Shown piece by piece: positions 28,164 to 41,749 of a stretch of 64,000 nt of DNA. The notes under the pieces were generated by a model that was given only the letters and a program-made list of their open reading frames with translations, was not told the origin of the DNA and did not search any database. Both the position numbers and the translations under genes were made by a program. Origin of the DNA: Octopus vulgaris (lineage: Eukaryota); assembly GCA_951406725.2 (NCBI GenBank), contig OX597821.1, forward strand, positions 37,944,001 to 38,008,000, given 5' to 3'. Numbering within the stretch: the first letter of the stretch is position 1; every line of letters begins with the position of its first letter.

Positions 28164-28559
28164 GTAAGCTGCCGGAATATTTCTACCTATCTCATTTCAA
28201 ATGTCTCACTTGCCGAAAAGTAGTTTATGAAATATTTAGTATTTCAAATTTGTGGGGGTTGTAAAATAAGTATTTCCGTTAACATTTGCGGAGCGATTGT
28301 CATGCACTTTTCATTGCACTAAACAATGGAATTAAATTACAAATATCGTTTTATTAAAGTTTCAATGAAAAAACAAACAAAGAAACAAAACAATTACGTT
28401 TAAACTTAAAAAAAATATTCAAATAATGCAATAGAAGTTTCTAAATGAAGCGAAATGCAATGGAATTTTGTGAAAAGTATAGCTTATTCAACCGGTAACA
28501 TTATTCCTTATAATGATATTGGTAGCATCTAAAAGCTAATGGATTCTTCTGTATTCATC

Positions 28560-29560
28560 TTTGGTGAATGTATCTTGGGCCAAAAGGAACTGATGTGCTC
28601 AACGTTCATCGGGTGTTTCGACCCTCCTATTAGTGAGTCAGCAGAGGTGGCCAAATCTCTGTTCATTATATCCTCGCTTCTTGCTTAACTTCTCTCAATA
28701 GCTCCATAACCAGCACGTTCTTTCTACTGCTTCTCTCATCCTGCGTGCTCTTACATTTCACCATTTTCCTCTCCAATGGCTGTAACCATCCTCTATAACG
28801 ATTGGGCAGAGCATTTTCTACAGCTAACCACGACTATGAATAACCATGACTAACAATCCTTCAACCCTGCTATCCTGCCGAAAGCTCTGCTTCTCGACAC
28901 TCTTCCATTCAAAGTCTTGATCATACACTTCTCACGGCACTGTAAGCTCGATCATGATTGTTTTCTTCACCTTTTCAGACCACAAAACAACGTCTGGTCT
29001 CACTGTTGTCAGATGACATAGGGGAAACTGCAATCTTACCGAAGGTCTACTGTCACCTCCTATGAATAACTCCCCCCCATGTAGCATACTACTTATTCTT
29101 TATTCTGTCCTCGCTGGCTTTTTCCCTTCCATCACCAATTTGAGTATCACTCGTGCGCATACGTTACAAGTGACTTATCATAACGCCATTTGTATCTCCT
29201 TTGGATGAGTGCTGTTTTGCATCCTGACAAGATGTGTGACACGGTGTCCTTTCTAACAAAGTCTACACTACTTCTTCACTTTCATATTACGTCAGTGCAT
29301 GTTTCTTGGTGTTGGGAGTGTGTCTTACACCTCCAGCATCAGGAAGATGATGCAAAAACAATTCTAGTTCTGTTCATATGGTTTTCCTGTTGGGCGATTC
29401 TATTAAGGCCAGGCTCCTTGGGAAATCCCTTTTCTTCCTCTGCGTGCCGTACTTCAGCTTGGGTCATGCGCGCACCTTTCTCTGGTATCTACCTTCTTCG
29501 ATTGTTGAAAATGGGAAGAACCGAGACCTGCCGTTCTGTGCTTGTGGCATAATGGAAGGC
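28560..29560 (-). mobile_element. Degraded 3' part of an R2-superfamily (HERO-like) non-LTR retrotransposon
   Basis: Minus-strand peptides GLGSSHF, EVRHAEEE, CRLC...VSHILSGCKTALIQRRYKWRYDK (CCHC knuckle), VRPDVVLWSEKVKKTIMIELTVP*E (REL PD..E motif) and AVERTCWLW, with stops and frameshifts. Confidence 0.75.
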
Positions 29561-30160
29561 ATTGGTGACCCTACGGCATTTAACGGGTTTAAAGACGAAA
29601 CGTAAATGTTCTTTACTAAATAGTGCAAGTAAATTTATTCACTAATGCTGCTATTGACTGAAGTCTACAACGATCCAGAATGTATTTTTTACTCATCATC
29701 AGCATATTTGCAACATGTGAGTAAAACATGTATTTTTTCATTGTACAGCCTGAAAGAAGCCTAGAAAAACCTGTACTAAATATACAAAATCCTCATACTT
29801 GGCCCTCGTAACTCTTCATTAACAGTACTGCTATACACTGCACATCCAAAACACCATATTAAAAATTCTCCTTGTGCGGATGTCCTACGTACCTCAGTCT
29901 TCGTGTATACAATGATTTATTGAGAAAATGACAGCCGTTGTTACGAACCAACCAGGCAACTACTGCTAAAAGTGACTCTTCTTTTTGATTGTGTTTCTCT
30001 TTTTCGTTGTTTCTTCTTTTTCATCTTTTCTTTTTCTAAATCTTTCTTCTCATCCTCCATCTTACATATTCGCTTCTTTTGCGAAATCCCCATCCATCCA
30101 ATACCATCGCCAACCATCTGTTACATTTAGTTGTTTTTATTATTCAATTATTAGAATATA

Positions 30161-30236
30161 AAATCTGATGAGCCTCATTTTCATGAAAAGCTACTAGAAC
30201 AGATTAGTTGCTTTGATAAAGGGGAAACCGAAATTT
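30161..30236 (+). ncRNA. Degenerate hammerhead-like motif with long stem II
   Basis: aaau-CUGAUGA-gccuc...aaagcuacua[gaacagau]uaguugcuuu...ggg-GAAAC-c-gaa-auuu. The cleavage triplet looks mutated. Confidence 0.35.
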
Positions 30237-33200
30237 GAAGTAACCAATACTGATCCCGCCATTCTCCAAATATTCTTTGAATACCTTACTTGCAAAATTC
30301 GAACTCATACACACATACCCGTTTAATAATTTGCTTAGAATTGTCTTCATATGAGATTGATTACGAAAACAAACGGTTAAGAAATTTAAACTAAATACAA
30401 GATGGCGTAAGGACGCATGCTTTCGCTTTGTTAATCAAAACATTGGAAAGATTGGGAGACGTCTTAATCAAACTGATAAAACAAACAAGATTGAAGAACG
30501 ATACCAATGAGTTCTACCCTGTAAATAAAATCTAGGAAGCAATTTATGCATTGAAATATGATTTTGAATTTGTATGATCATAGAAATGTACATTCGAGAC
30601 TAATATTAGATATTTAATCTAAGAAATCTGCACTAACAATAACTTAAGATAATGGTAAATGATCCAGCGGGAAGATTTGGTCTCATACTTAAAACTAGGA
30701 CACCGTATTAAACACACATAAACCATATCCAACGCTTAAGTACGACAGGCTACCTTAGTAGGACTGCTGAAATATTCTTAATGGCTTTACATCTATAGCC
30801 ATGCGCCTACTGTTAGCTGCATAATTTGGTAAAACATCCACCGCTATAGCCAAAATGTCCATAAAGTATAATAATAAACGCTACGAAATCACTGTTATTT
30901 TATGACAACTTGTTCTACTTTAATTAGAACGTAGGCTAGTTATCTGACATGCCAATGGCTAACTATGATGGCACTGTCTTCTCAGATCTCGTTCATCATT
31001 TTTTTTACTGCAGACGCTGAGACACAGAATAAACAATAATATTGGACTGGACTGAGACGGCAGACAAACCGTATCCCAGAATACGAACAGACACTTGCAA
31101 AGACATTCATTAGTACATTCAGACAGTTTGATGTCAAAAAAAATCCATATAAATACCAACTTGAAAATAATTGACTTTATCGTCGTAACGTTGATACTTC
31201 TATGTACGCTATGAAAGTCATCTGCTCAATCATATTCCTACGCCGAAAGTCCAAATTATGCCGAATGTCTCAGTCAAATAAATCGACCATACTATATTGT
31301 GAGAAAAGATCGGAATCCGGTGGTGTTTAAACTTTCATTAGATATGGAAAAAAACCCATTATCGTGGTAGTGGCGGCACGGGGAGAGTATCAAATATGCA
31401 TGTTCATTCGGCAATATGCACGACAATTGAACGTATGCTGGAGGAATGATAGGTTTTTAAAAGTTTTGATGGTGACTTATAATGTCTGTAACGGTTGAAA
31501 ATAGTTTTGAAATTTTGATTGAAGCTGCGTAACTTTAAATTAACTGAAATTATGTGTGTGCAAGTGTACATGCATACATACATAACTATCTACATACATA
31601 CATACATACTTACATATACGTCCATGCACACACAAACACAACACACACACACACACACACACACACTCATGATAGCAGCAACTCCCAGCAATGTCACCAA
31701 TGATTGTTCTCTTGAATATGACTATGGCTTCATAGTCTTGCTAGGAATCTGCACTCTTTCGCTGAAATATAGTAATGATGGTCACCTCTTGCAGCAATAG
31801 TTCAGAGAGCTTGTTACTCACGCTGATGCGTGAAGAGGCCTTTTAAAATGAGTAAAGTTCTCGCATAGGGGCAATCCCACTCTGTAAGCAGTTTTTGCCA
31901 AGACAGAAGTAGTCAACATCAGTTTTTCTTCCAGAGAGAACTATCTGAACAAAAATTAACAGCCTCTCACTCACAGCTGTTGGTTGGCCGTTCTATTTAT
32001 TGAGTTCTTCCGCCCTTTTTACTGATTTTGAGTGTTTAAAACGAAAACCATTTTGGTTACGACATACATATGTACGTACATACGTACAATAATACGTACG
32101 TACCTACATACATACATACATACATACACACACACACATTCATACACACATTCATATGTTTGTATATCCTGCTATGCACAATAGAGTGCATGTAGTTTTA
32201 GGGCAGAGTATTCATTCTACATTTAACTCATATCTCCAAATATGACATAAATTCAATGTTCGCTTCGAAGGATAGGCTAAATGTAAACCCCGAGCCACAT
32301 TATTTGATAAGATAGATTTTGATAGCTATGTGATAGCTATGCATAGGTTTCAATGAGTAGCTCATTTCCTCAGTACATTGGCAAATGAATACAAGTTCTG
32401 GACTTCGAGAAATAGTATGAATCGCGTACTACAACCGAAAAGTTCAATATATTACCGATACACCGAAGAAATGCCGACTCTTGGAAACACCTGTACCTAA
32501 AGGCACAATAATATCAAAAATATTTTCTGATTTTCTCATTTCACAGATACACACACGAGCACAAGCACACACACACAATTTCACAGCTTCACACATACAT
32601 ACCCATATGTACAAATATACATGCCATATATATGCATATCCAATACGCACACATACAAACATATGGTGAACTTGAGATGAAAATTACGCAGGCTTTTAAC
32701 TTTCCACTATAAAATTTTGCTTATTTATGCGATTCAATCTCTTATCGATGGCGATTTATATGGGCGATAATGAACCCAGCCAATAACGTCAATCACATTA
32801 TTATTTCGAAAATGTATATTGATTTATTATATTTGAAACGCTTAATTGTTAAACTTGGAACTATGATATTAGAGTTGGAGCTGATCAGATATATTTGGCC
32901 GGTTTAGCGAAATTTCTGGTTACACGCGTGAAATTATATTCTCAGATATAATTAGTATTTTTTATTGATCAAACGTATTTGCTCATCTCTTTTTACTCCA
33001 GAATATTTTAAGAATTATATGTATATATATATACATTTACCCAAATGCGCCACTAAATGAATCCTTCTTAAATTTACATCTTGAAAGGTACATTGAACTT
33101 AACTCAAACTATATCATTTCCAGCTTACTAATTTTACCTTTACTAAGAAAGTTCAGATCGCACAACGCACATACGCATACACACACACACAAAGACACAC

Positions 33201-36011
33201 ACATACAGACACATTCGTCTCTCCGGTTCTCTCTATCACTTCCTCATTATCTCAATCTCTTTCTCTCACATATCGAAATCAATATGGCTTAGATTTAAAA
33301 TTATGGTTTATGTCCTTCTGAAATGTCCCTGCTATACCAACTGCAACAACTTGAAACACTCTGTCTATATTTCTTTCACTTCATATAGTTGATAAGATAT
33401 ATTTTAGATTTATATTATTTTCGTTTCCCACAAGAGGCAACGTCAAAATCAAAAACTGAATGATTGTCAACATGTTTCGATGTTGATACCTTCCAATAAT
33501 GTGAACTATTCCTAATCGAATCTTATTCATTGATTGAACGGTACAACTTGACAGTATTTACATTTGTATGGCCATCCTTAATTCACAGTATTATTAAAAT
33601 GTGCCCATGGAAATGAATGAAACTGTCTTTATCTCCCTTGATAGTTCAAGAGATGTGTATCTGTATCCAGTACCATAGTGGTATAAATTTCCTCATCAAT
33701 GGATTGATGAATACATCCTTGTATCAGCGAAGTAAAACTGTTTCACCCATTTTCAATGACAAACTGAATCCAATAGAATTACCATATTTAAACAACTAAT
33801 AATGAAACATTCTAAGTGTAGTGAATACTTTTATCAGATACATTTCTGCAAACTCGTCATTGTGAACTAATTCTATAGTTGTATTGGATTCGAATTCCTA
33901 TAATTTTGTTTTCAACTCCTGTTTTATCATCTTAGAAAATTAGCTTACAAATGAAATTAAATTTTATAGTTAGATATTGTGAGTGGTATTCCTTGTTGTA
34001 ACACTGGTATTCAATTTTATCCTCTGACAATTAGTTATTGGTTTCTCTCGAATATTAAGTCTTTGAATATTATCTTCAAAAATTAAATATTGTGAAACTT
34101 TTCTGAAATCTTCCGCCATTTCACATCCGAAAACATTTCCCATGCATCAGTCTTTATGCATCTGTTGAAGGAACCTTACTTTGGTCTTCCGAGACAATAA
34201 TCAAAATTAAATGTGTATAAACATAACATAAAACTAGAAAATTCAACATGTGCACTGTCCTGTATACAATAGACCACGGCGTATAAATTTATGGATTAGT
34301 TCTCAGGTATCTAGAGATAGAGCATATTAAACTAGTTTGGAGCATTCTATTACGAAGATTATACTTGAATAAGATGAAATAGTAGAGTTATCCCGCAAAG
34401 CGGGTTTACTTGGATATGATAGCAATAACTGAGTCATCCATTAGAATGGCTGTATCCACAGAACTGTATAGGTTCTGCTCATACAAATATATTAATGACA
34501 TAATATCCATTCATATTAACGGCGATATTCAGATTAAATTAAAAAAAAGTTAGTCATTTTACTCACTTATTCTGTTAATATAACAATAAAAAGCCCCGGA
34601 ACAAAGAATTCCTGTAATAGCAGTTCATTTTTAAAAAGAAAATATCCTTAAATGTACTTTCTGTACAGGTTGTAGTAATGCTACACTATTTAGAGAATGT
34701 AGAGAAAAAAGAATGAAAATACTAAAATATCAAGTAGGTAATATTGGGGTAGGTATTGTGGGAGGAAATGATTTATCGCTGGAATTATTAAAATGATGAT
34801 TGCAAAAAGACTAAAAAACGTTGAAGTCTTACGAAGCCAATATTTTTGTCCATTATTTTTACTTTTATCGTAATTAACAAAATCGAGAAAGAAATAGCTA
34901 CTGATGTTTTCGAAAACGAAGCAAAGACAATTGAGTTTTTCTTTGCTTCATGATTCATACCATTTCATTTTTTGTTTTTATTTAGGTTTGCTCAAATAAA
35001 AATATCTGAGCAAGAAAAGAATGATAGCAAACCAATAAAATTGATATGAAAAATAGTGCACCAAATCAGCTAATGATATATAAAAATCTTGAAAGGTCAT
35101 AAATCTTTGTAATTGCCCAGTGAACTAATTAGCTTTTAAAAAAAAATACTTTATTAGATTTGCTGATAACGTTTAGTAAATATTTAATGTTTACTATGCT
35201 TGATTAACAACAATGCCCATAAAAAATACTGACTGGCTTATAGTGACATTAAAACACTTCTCTGTATTCACAAAAAGCCACGAAAAGAAATATGTTTGTC
35301 ATAATTTAGAGTATAGTGAGTTGACTAAGCACAGCATTTTAAAGGAAAGCCGTTTTAGTCGATTTACTGAATTCAGTTGATTAATGGAACTTATTAATTG
35401 TAGAACAGTGGAGGCTAAAGCAGGCACGAGTAAAATATGAAGCATGGACATAGAAACTCTTGCATTCAACAGCTTGAAGCGTAGAAATTTATCGTAATCT
35501 AAGGTTTTGTTTTTGGTCTTAAATAAACGTATCAGTCGTCAAAGGACTAGCCTTCGATCCATCTAAAGGAGTACTTCCAGATAACCCAAGAGTGTAGAAT
35601 TATATGCTCTGTCTTCAACAAAATACCGAAATGTAGCGGTAAAGAACTACTCAGCATTTAAACATAATTTCTTTCGTCCCTGAGGATTAGTTATCTTTAC
35701 CTCATACTTTAAGCTGGCTTACATTGCCACAGATCATAATGTTAGAGCGCACATATATAATGAGAGGAATGTGTATCAAATATATTACTAGTATTATTTA
35801 TTGTCCTCCGGAGGAACGGTCGGCTTGGTTTTTAGGTAGAATGTAAAGAGAAATAACAAAACATTTTATTCTGTTCTCTACCATAATGACCATGCAACAC
35901 CAACTTTTACTTATACGCAATACGCACAATAGTTTCGTAACTATCTTATTGATGTTTATTATAAGAACTATTGTATGTAACCAGTGTTATATATAATACT
36001 GATACAACTAG

Positions 36012-36043
<32 letters not shown>

Positions 36044-37584
36044 TACTATTGCTGTTATATTTAGTTAAAACTATTGTATATATCTATTATATATAAAACT
36101 TGATATTATGTATATAAAACTATTTGTTTCACCTTATTTTCAGTTTTATAAAATATCCTTTAAAATGATGATTCATGAGATAATTGATGATACAATTTTA
36201 AGTCTTTGTACGGGCTGATGCATAAAATAATCAAGATATGAATGAATGGCACATATTTTCTGTACATAGGTTTACCAAAAATGTGAGTTGTTAGATTTGA
36301 TAGAAATGGTAGAAATCCAAAACTGAAAGTATATGCGTCGGTAAATATTTTCTGAAAACTAATCTAGTTTGTTTCACGTGATATTATAGTAACAATACTG
36401 TCACATTTGTTTTGCAACTTAGACGTTGTTCTTTTTTTATCAGATGAAAGAATCAATTTAAAGGTATGAATCAGGAAAATATATCTTCTACTTACCGTTG
36501 ACAAGCGAATAACTGACATCATTCTTTTCAAAATGAATGCTAATTACAATTATTCCTTATTAATGTGACTTGATAATTATAAGGCGTAGGTGTTATACAA
36601 CACGGGTAAATTATCTTTACGAAATTCAACCCTTGATTCTCCTCTTCGACAATTGCATAAGATCTGTCGATTTTGGTTATTCTTATCGTAACTGTAAGAA
36701 TACTTCGAAGTATCTTCGAGTATAAATGAAATGAATTGAAGAAAATTGTAATTAGGAGTAGAAGACGGGGCAATACTTGTAAAGGTATCGATTTTCCTAT
36801 TGGACAGATATGATCCAATCAATCGTTTATTCATCTGGACGAGATATTTATCTCTAAATCCTGGACGCTGAATTGAAAGGAACTAACAGCGTAACAAGAT
36901 TCCGATTCATCGTGTATTACTTCATTCATAGCCAACAGTGGCTTTAATGTAATTCCTCATTTAGTCAAACATCATTTCCTCCTTAATTGCTACAAAATAT
37001 ATTAGATATGTGTTTTCCTTGTATTACATTTCAAAATAGCGTTATAATCCGTTTTCCTGCTTTTCTTAATTCCTTTATATGCAATGGGATGTAGTTATAT
37101 AATAACTATAATTTTTTTATCTCTCATAGACCGATATCGGTAATACTTTATCTCTTATTGATTATAATTCACTATACTATGAGTAACCGTTCAAACACAC
37201 TGGCTAATATTTTACAGTTTTCTGTCGTTCGTTAAATTAATGACTTCTCCAATGAAAAAAGACTGAGTTTAGTTAAAGTGGTTAACAACGTTCGCCCTCA
37301 TATTCATGCAGTATCAAAATATCAAATCTTTTTCTAAAAACCGCAATTAAAATAACTGAACATCTGGTACAGAATTAACGGATGTTATTTCTTGGAATGT
37401 AAACTTAATCACTAATTAACACCTTGTATATATTCACATCAATGCATAACATTCTAAACGCTTTTTCGATCAATCTAACATGATATTAGAATCTTAAAAG
37501 TTCCAGTTTAAGAATATTCAAATATAAACATCCATTTTGAATTTTTGTGTTGGTAAATACTACACGCACACACATACACACACA

Positions 37585-37643
<59 letters not shown>

Positions 37644-37783
37644 CCACATCCACGAGTTCGAAAGAGGCAGCAAAAGCCGCAACACTTTATTAAAAGATAT
37701 GCATATGGTAGGTCAGTTCTATACTCAGCTATTTCCGGAGTAGGTAGACAATCTTCTTAACGCCAAAAAGGCTACAATTATTT

Positions 37784-37990
37784 GAGCTGGCAGAATCGTT
37801 AGCACGCTAAGTTAAATGCTTAGCGATGTTTCATCAGTCTACGCCCTCAGTTCAAATTCCACCGAGGTCCACTCTACCTTTTATTATTTCGGGGTCGATA
37901 AATTAAGTACCAGTGAGACAATGGGGTTGATGTAATCGACTAGTCCCCTCCCCTAAAATTTCAGGTCTTGCTTCTTTAGTAGAATGGATT
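37784..37990 (+). mobile_element. SINE family A copy (alternative tail)
   Basis: gagctggcagaatcgttagcacg...ggggtcgataaattaagtaccag...tcccctcccctaaaatttcagg. Confidence 0.78.
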
Positions 37991-38265
37991 ATTTTTGTTA
38001 TTCCTGATATACATTCTACGTGAGGTGCGGCCCCGATGAACGTCTCTCCGTCTCCATCTCATCATAGTCTTACTTCGTAGTCCCCTACCCTCTCCCTTCC
38101 ATCTCCTTCTACTATGCTCTCGTATGTTAACCCTACTATTTTTATTTACATAATGCTATACATAAAACTCTTCGTCTTCGTATTGTATTTTTGCCGAGTA
38201 ATGCCGATGAATGCAACTGGCGGCATTTGTTCACATAAATAATTTTTATGCTCACGTAATTGAAG

Positions 38266-38302
38266 TCTTTTACGTTTCGAGCCTACGCCCTTCAACAGTA
38301 AG
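38266..38302 (-). ncRNA. Minimal hammerhead-like motif, second copy of the CUGUUGA variant
   Basis: Minus strand: cuua-CUGUUGA-A-GGGC[GUAG]GCUC-GAAAC-GUA-aaag. Same family as 4890-4927. Confidence 0.45.
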
Positions 38303-38800
38303 TAATGAGGAAATAAACAAGGACAGAATGAAAAAAGCGTGTCGAGTTCAGTAGTCCATATATATATCGGATTCTCCGCTATTATATAGTAAGCTTTGAA
38401 AAGATTCCCTTAAAAGGATTGCTATAATAGTTATGGCATATCTTGGCTGTTTGACGAAGATATTCTTTTAATCCGTCCGTACAAAATATCAGCGAGAAAG
38501 ATGGATGGCTGAGAGTCAGATTGTGTGGTAATATCGTTGAATTTACACGATATGCGAAATGAAAATTATTTATCAGACACAACCCGCCGATTTTAAAGAA
38601 TATGCATTCTATGAAAATCTATCTACAAAATGGCGAAAGGGAATAAAACATCTGAAGCATTTTTCGATTCATTACTATCTATATAAAATGTAGTACATCT
38701 TATGTAGATAGGAAGGATATAGAAATTGTAACAATCAACATATATATATATGTGTAGATACAAATGTATGTTTGTATGTATGTGTGTATAATTATATATG

Positions 38801-38901
<101 letters not shown>

Positions 38902-38971
38902 ATGTGTGTGTGTATGTGTGTCTATACATGTATATCTATCTCTCTATCTGTCTATCTACCTCACTCCCTGT

Positions 38972-39028
<57 letters not shown>

Positions 39029-39825
39029 TGTATACATATATACGCGTGTCTCGTGAATTATTCTTCAAAAATATGTTCTATATTAAGGGGAATATTTACA
39101 ACTGGTGGTGTCAATCTCCTAATCAGTATTAAGTATGGAAAAGCATTTAGATCGTAATATGCGCCATCTTGTACATTTTCGATGGAGAAAGTTGCATCTT
39201 ATTTGCTCGATGTTATTCTAGCTAAAGTGACGTGTGAGGATTTATGTTATATGAAAATGAAGAGAATCAGCTTTCATTTGCACACAATATTAGAATAAAC
39301 ATTTACCGATTAATTTCGACGATATTATCACATTGAAAGCAGTCCAGATTACTTAATATATCCTCCGTGGTTATAATTTCAGAACCTCTCGCCTTTCTTA
39401 GATAATAAAACCCGGTACGAGAATAACGTATACAATACAATGGCCTTTCAAGTAGCAATCAAAGTTTCATGAAATATTATTCCATAAGAAAATAACATAC
39501 GAGAATGTTGCAATAACTTCCGATCAAAATTCTATGAGGATTTTACTTTCTATTTTTCAAACGACGCCTGTGATTATAAAGGGGATAATGGGAAACTTAT
39601 TGAATAATCGATATCAATAACTGACCCTTAAATTATAGCAAAGCCGATCAGATATAATTTTGTTCCACTCTATATCAATGAAAGTTAGACATTCTATCAT
39701 ATTTATTTTCTTATTATTTGTACATCGGGTTTAGAATTGTATACTCCAGCTCTATGAGAAAACCTATAGCTCAATATATTGGCAGGAAAACAAGGAGACA
39801 ATAAAGAAAATATGGATAATTGGCT

Positions 39826-39895
<70 letters not shown>

Positions 39896-40059
39896 GCTTG
39901 CCTGACTGTCTGTCCCCTATTTCATACTCGGTATATTCATAAACACTCACAAAAATATTTCTTTATATACGTGCCTCTCTCTCTCAATATGCACATATAT
40001 CTGCAAGTTGTGTATATCACACACACACACACACGAATACATATTTGCACGTGTGTATG

Positions 40060-40091
<32 letters not shown>

Positions 40092-40162
40092 TAAATAAAT
40101 GAATATATGTATATGTATATAAATATGAAATATATATATATATATACACACACATACATATA

Positions 40163-40209
40163 CAGAAGTAACTCGGTTTCGGAAAACCTCGGATCACGAA
40201 TAAATCGTG

Positions 40210-40258
<49 letters not shown>

Positions 40259-40388
40259 CACGATTTATCCGTGATCAGAGTTGTTCGTAAACTCTGAGGT
40301 ACTACTGTATTAAATGATTATGAGAAAGACTGGCGATAATGCACGATTTATTCGTTATCAGAAGTGTTCGAAAATCGAGGTACTACTC
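40163..40388. mobile_element. Tigger/pogo-like MITE (Tc1/mariner superfamily) with (TA)n centre and an extra right terminus
   Basis: TA|CAGAAGTAACTC...aaatcgtgcttt (40163-40213) is inverted relative to aaagcacgattt...gaggtactactg|TA (40255-40307). A second right arm lies at 40341-40388. Confidence 0.7.
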
Positions 40389-40400
40389 TATAAGTAAATA

Positions 40401-41668
40401 ACAGCTCTTCCCATAAGTTTTGTCCGATTTTAACCTTTTTAAAATTGAATGAAATTCAATAGTATTTTAGAATGTCTAATGGAATTAAATATTATTTTTA
40501 TGCATTTGTGTACATTTAAACTAATTAAATATTCTTTTACAGAATAATAGAATTAAAATTTCTTCGATTAAAACTTTTTCTAACATGGAAGTATCCAAAG
40601 AGCATTTGAGGCACATAATGCTTTATGAGTACAAAAAAGGAAACTCTGCAGCCGAAGCGACTCGAAACATACACTCAGTTTATGGGAAAGAATGCTTGAA
40701 TGAAAGAATTTGCAGATGATGGTTTGCAAAATTCAGAAATGCCTTGAAGAAGAAGACCGAACAGGACGTCCAGTTGAGTTTGATGATAAGCTCCTTGAGG
40801 ACTTACTTGAAGAAAATCCTGCATTATCAGTTGAAGAATTGGCAATAAGGCTTAGTTCAAACCATACAATTGTTCATCGTCATCTTCAACAACTTGGAAA
40901 GGTTCCTAAACTTGGAAAATGGATGCCTTATGAATTTTCCGAAATCAACCGCAAATCCCGAGTTGACATTTGCTCTTCTCTCCATTCTCGCGAACTCAGT
41001 TCACCCTTTTTTGGATAGACTTGTGACAGGTGACGAAAAATGGATCTTCTATCGAAATGTTAAACGTCGAAAACAGTGGCTTGGTAAAAGGGAAAACACT
41101 CAACCACAACCGAAAAGGAAACTTCATGGGAAAAAGTTTCTTCTCTCTATCTGGTGGGATTGCAAAGGAGTAATTCACTTTGAATTGTTACCACCAAATG
41201 CAACAATCAATGCTCAAGTCTACTGTCAGCAATTAGACCGTTTGAACCAAGCTTTAAAGAAAAAAAGACCCGCTGTAGTGAATTGAAATGGAGTGATGTT
41301 TCATCAGGACAATGTGCGACCCCACACTGCAAAGATCACATCACAGAAGATCGAAGAGCTTGGTTGGTAAAAAATTCCTCATTCACCTTATTCTCCCAAC
41401 CTTGCTCCTTCAGACTACCATTTGTTTCGTAGTTCACAGAATCATTTGAGGGACATAAGTTTCTCCAGGAGGAGGTCGAAAGTGACATGTCAGAGTTCTT
41501 CGCTTTGAAACCAAAAGAGTTGATGGGATTAAAAAGCTTGTAAATAGATGGAAGGAAGTCATAGATAATCAGGGAAAGTACTTTGATGATTAAATTTCAA
41601 TCAAATATAACATTTGATCACTTGTTTTCTCTATTCAAAATTCGGACAAAACATATGGGATGACCTGA
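40401..41668 (+). mobile_element. Full-length (1268 bp) inactive mariner transposon
   Basis: 27-bp TIRs (acagctcttcccataagttttgtccga vs the reverse complement of tcggacaaaacatatgggatgacctga, 4 mismatches), TA duplications at 40399-40400 and 41669-41670. Confidence 0.95.
40585..41593 (+). pseudogene. mariner DD34D transposase pseudogene (resembles mellifera-subfamily sequences)
   Basis: MEVSKEHLRHIMLYEYKKG...WFAKFR, GRP, WMPYE (for WVPHE), TGDEKW, HQDNVRPH, PYSPNLAPSDYHLF, ...GKYFDD*. Several stops, frameshifts and small deletions. Confidence 0.93.
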
Positions 41669-41749
41669 TATGTAATAAGGATGTCCGGGTATTTGTGCAT
41701 TACGACCGTTTCAAAAAAATTTATTCGAACTAATATTTAATATAAAATC

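Noticed and set aside
29600-29800. Possible Penelope GIY-YIG C-terminal remnant (AAI, DPEC, KPVLNIQ) upstream of the 30161 hammerhead-like motif
   Set aside because: Motifs are short and not in one continuous frame; too weak to call without an alignment.
34330-34440. Peptide-like stretch EIVELSRKAGLLGYD reminiscent of a pogo/Tigger transposase C-terminus
   Set aside because: Short, interrupted by stops, with no termini or catalytic motifs found.
36540-36834. Two overlapping minus-strand ORFs (92 and 85 aa) as a possible nested gene
   Set aside because: No recognisable domain or convincing splice pair; lengths are within chance expectation.
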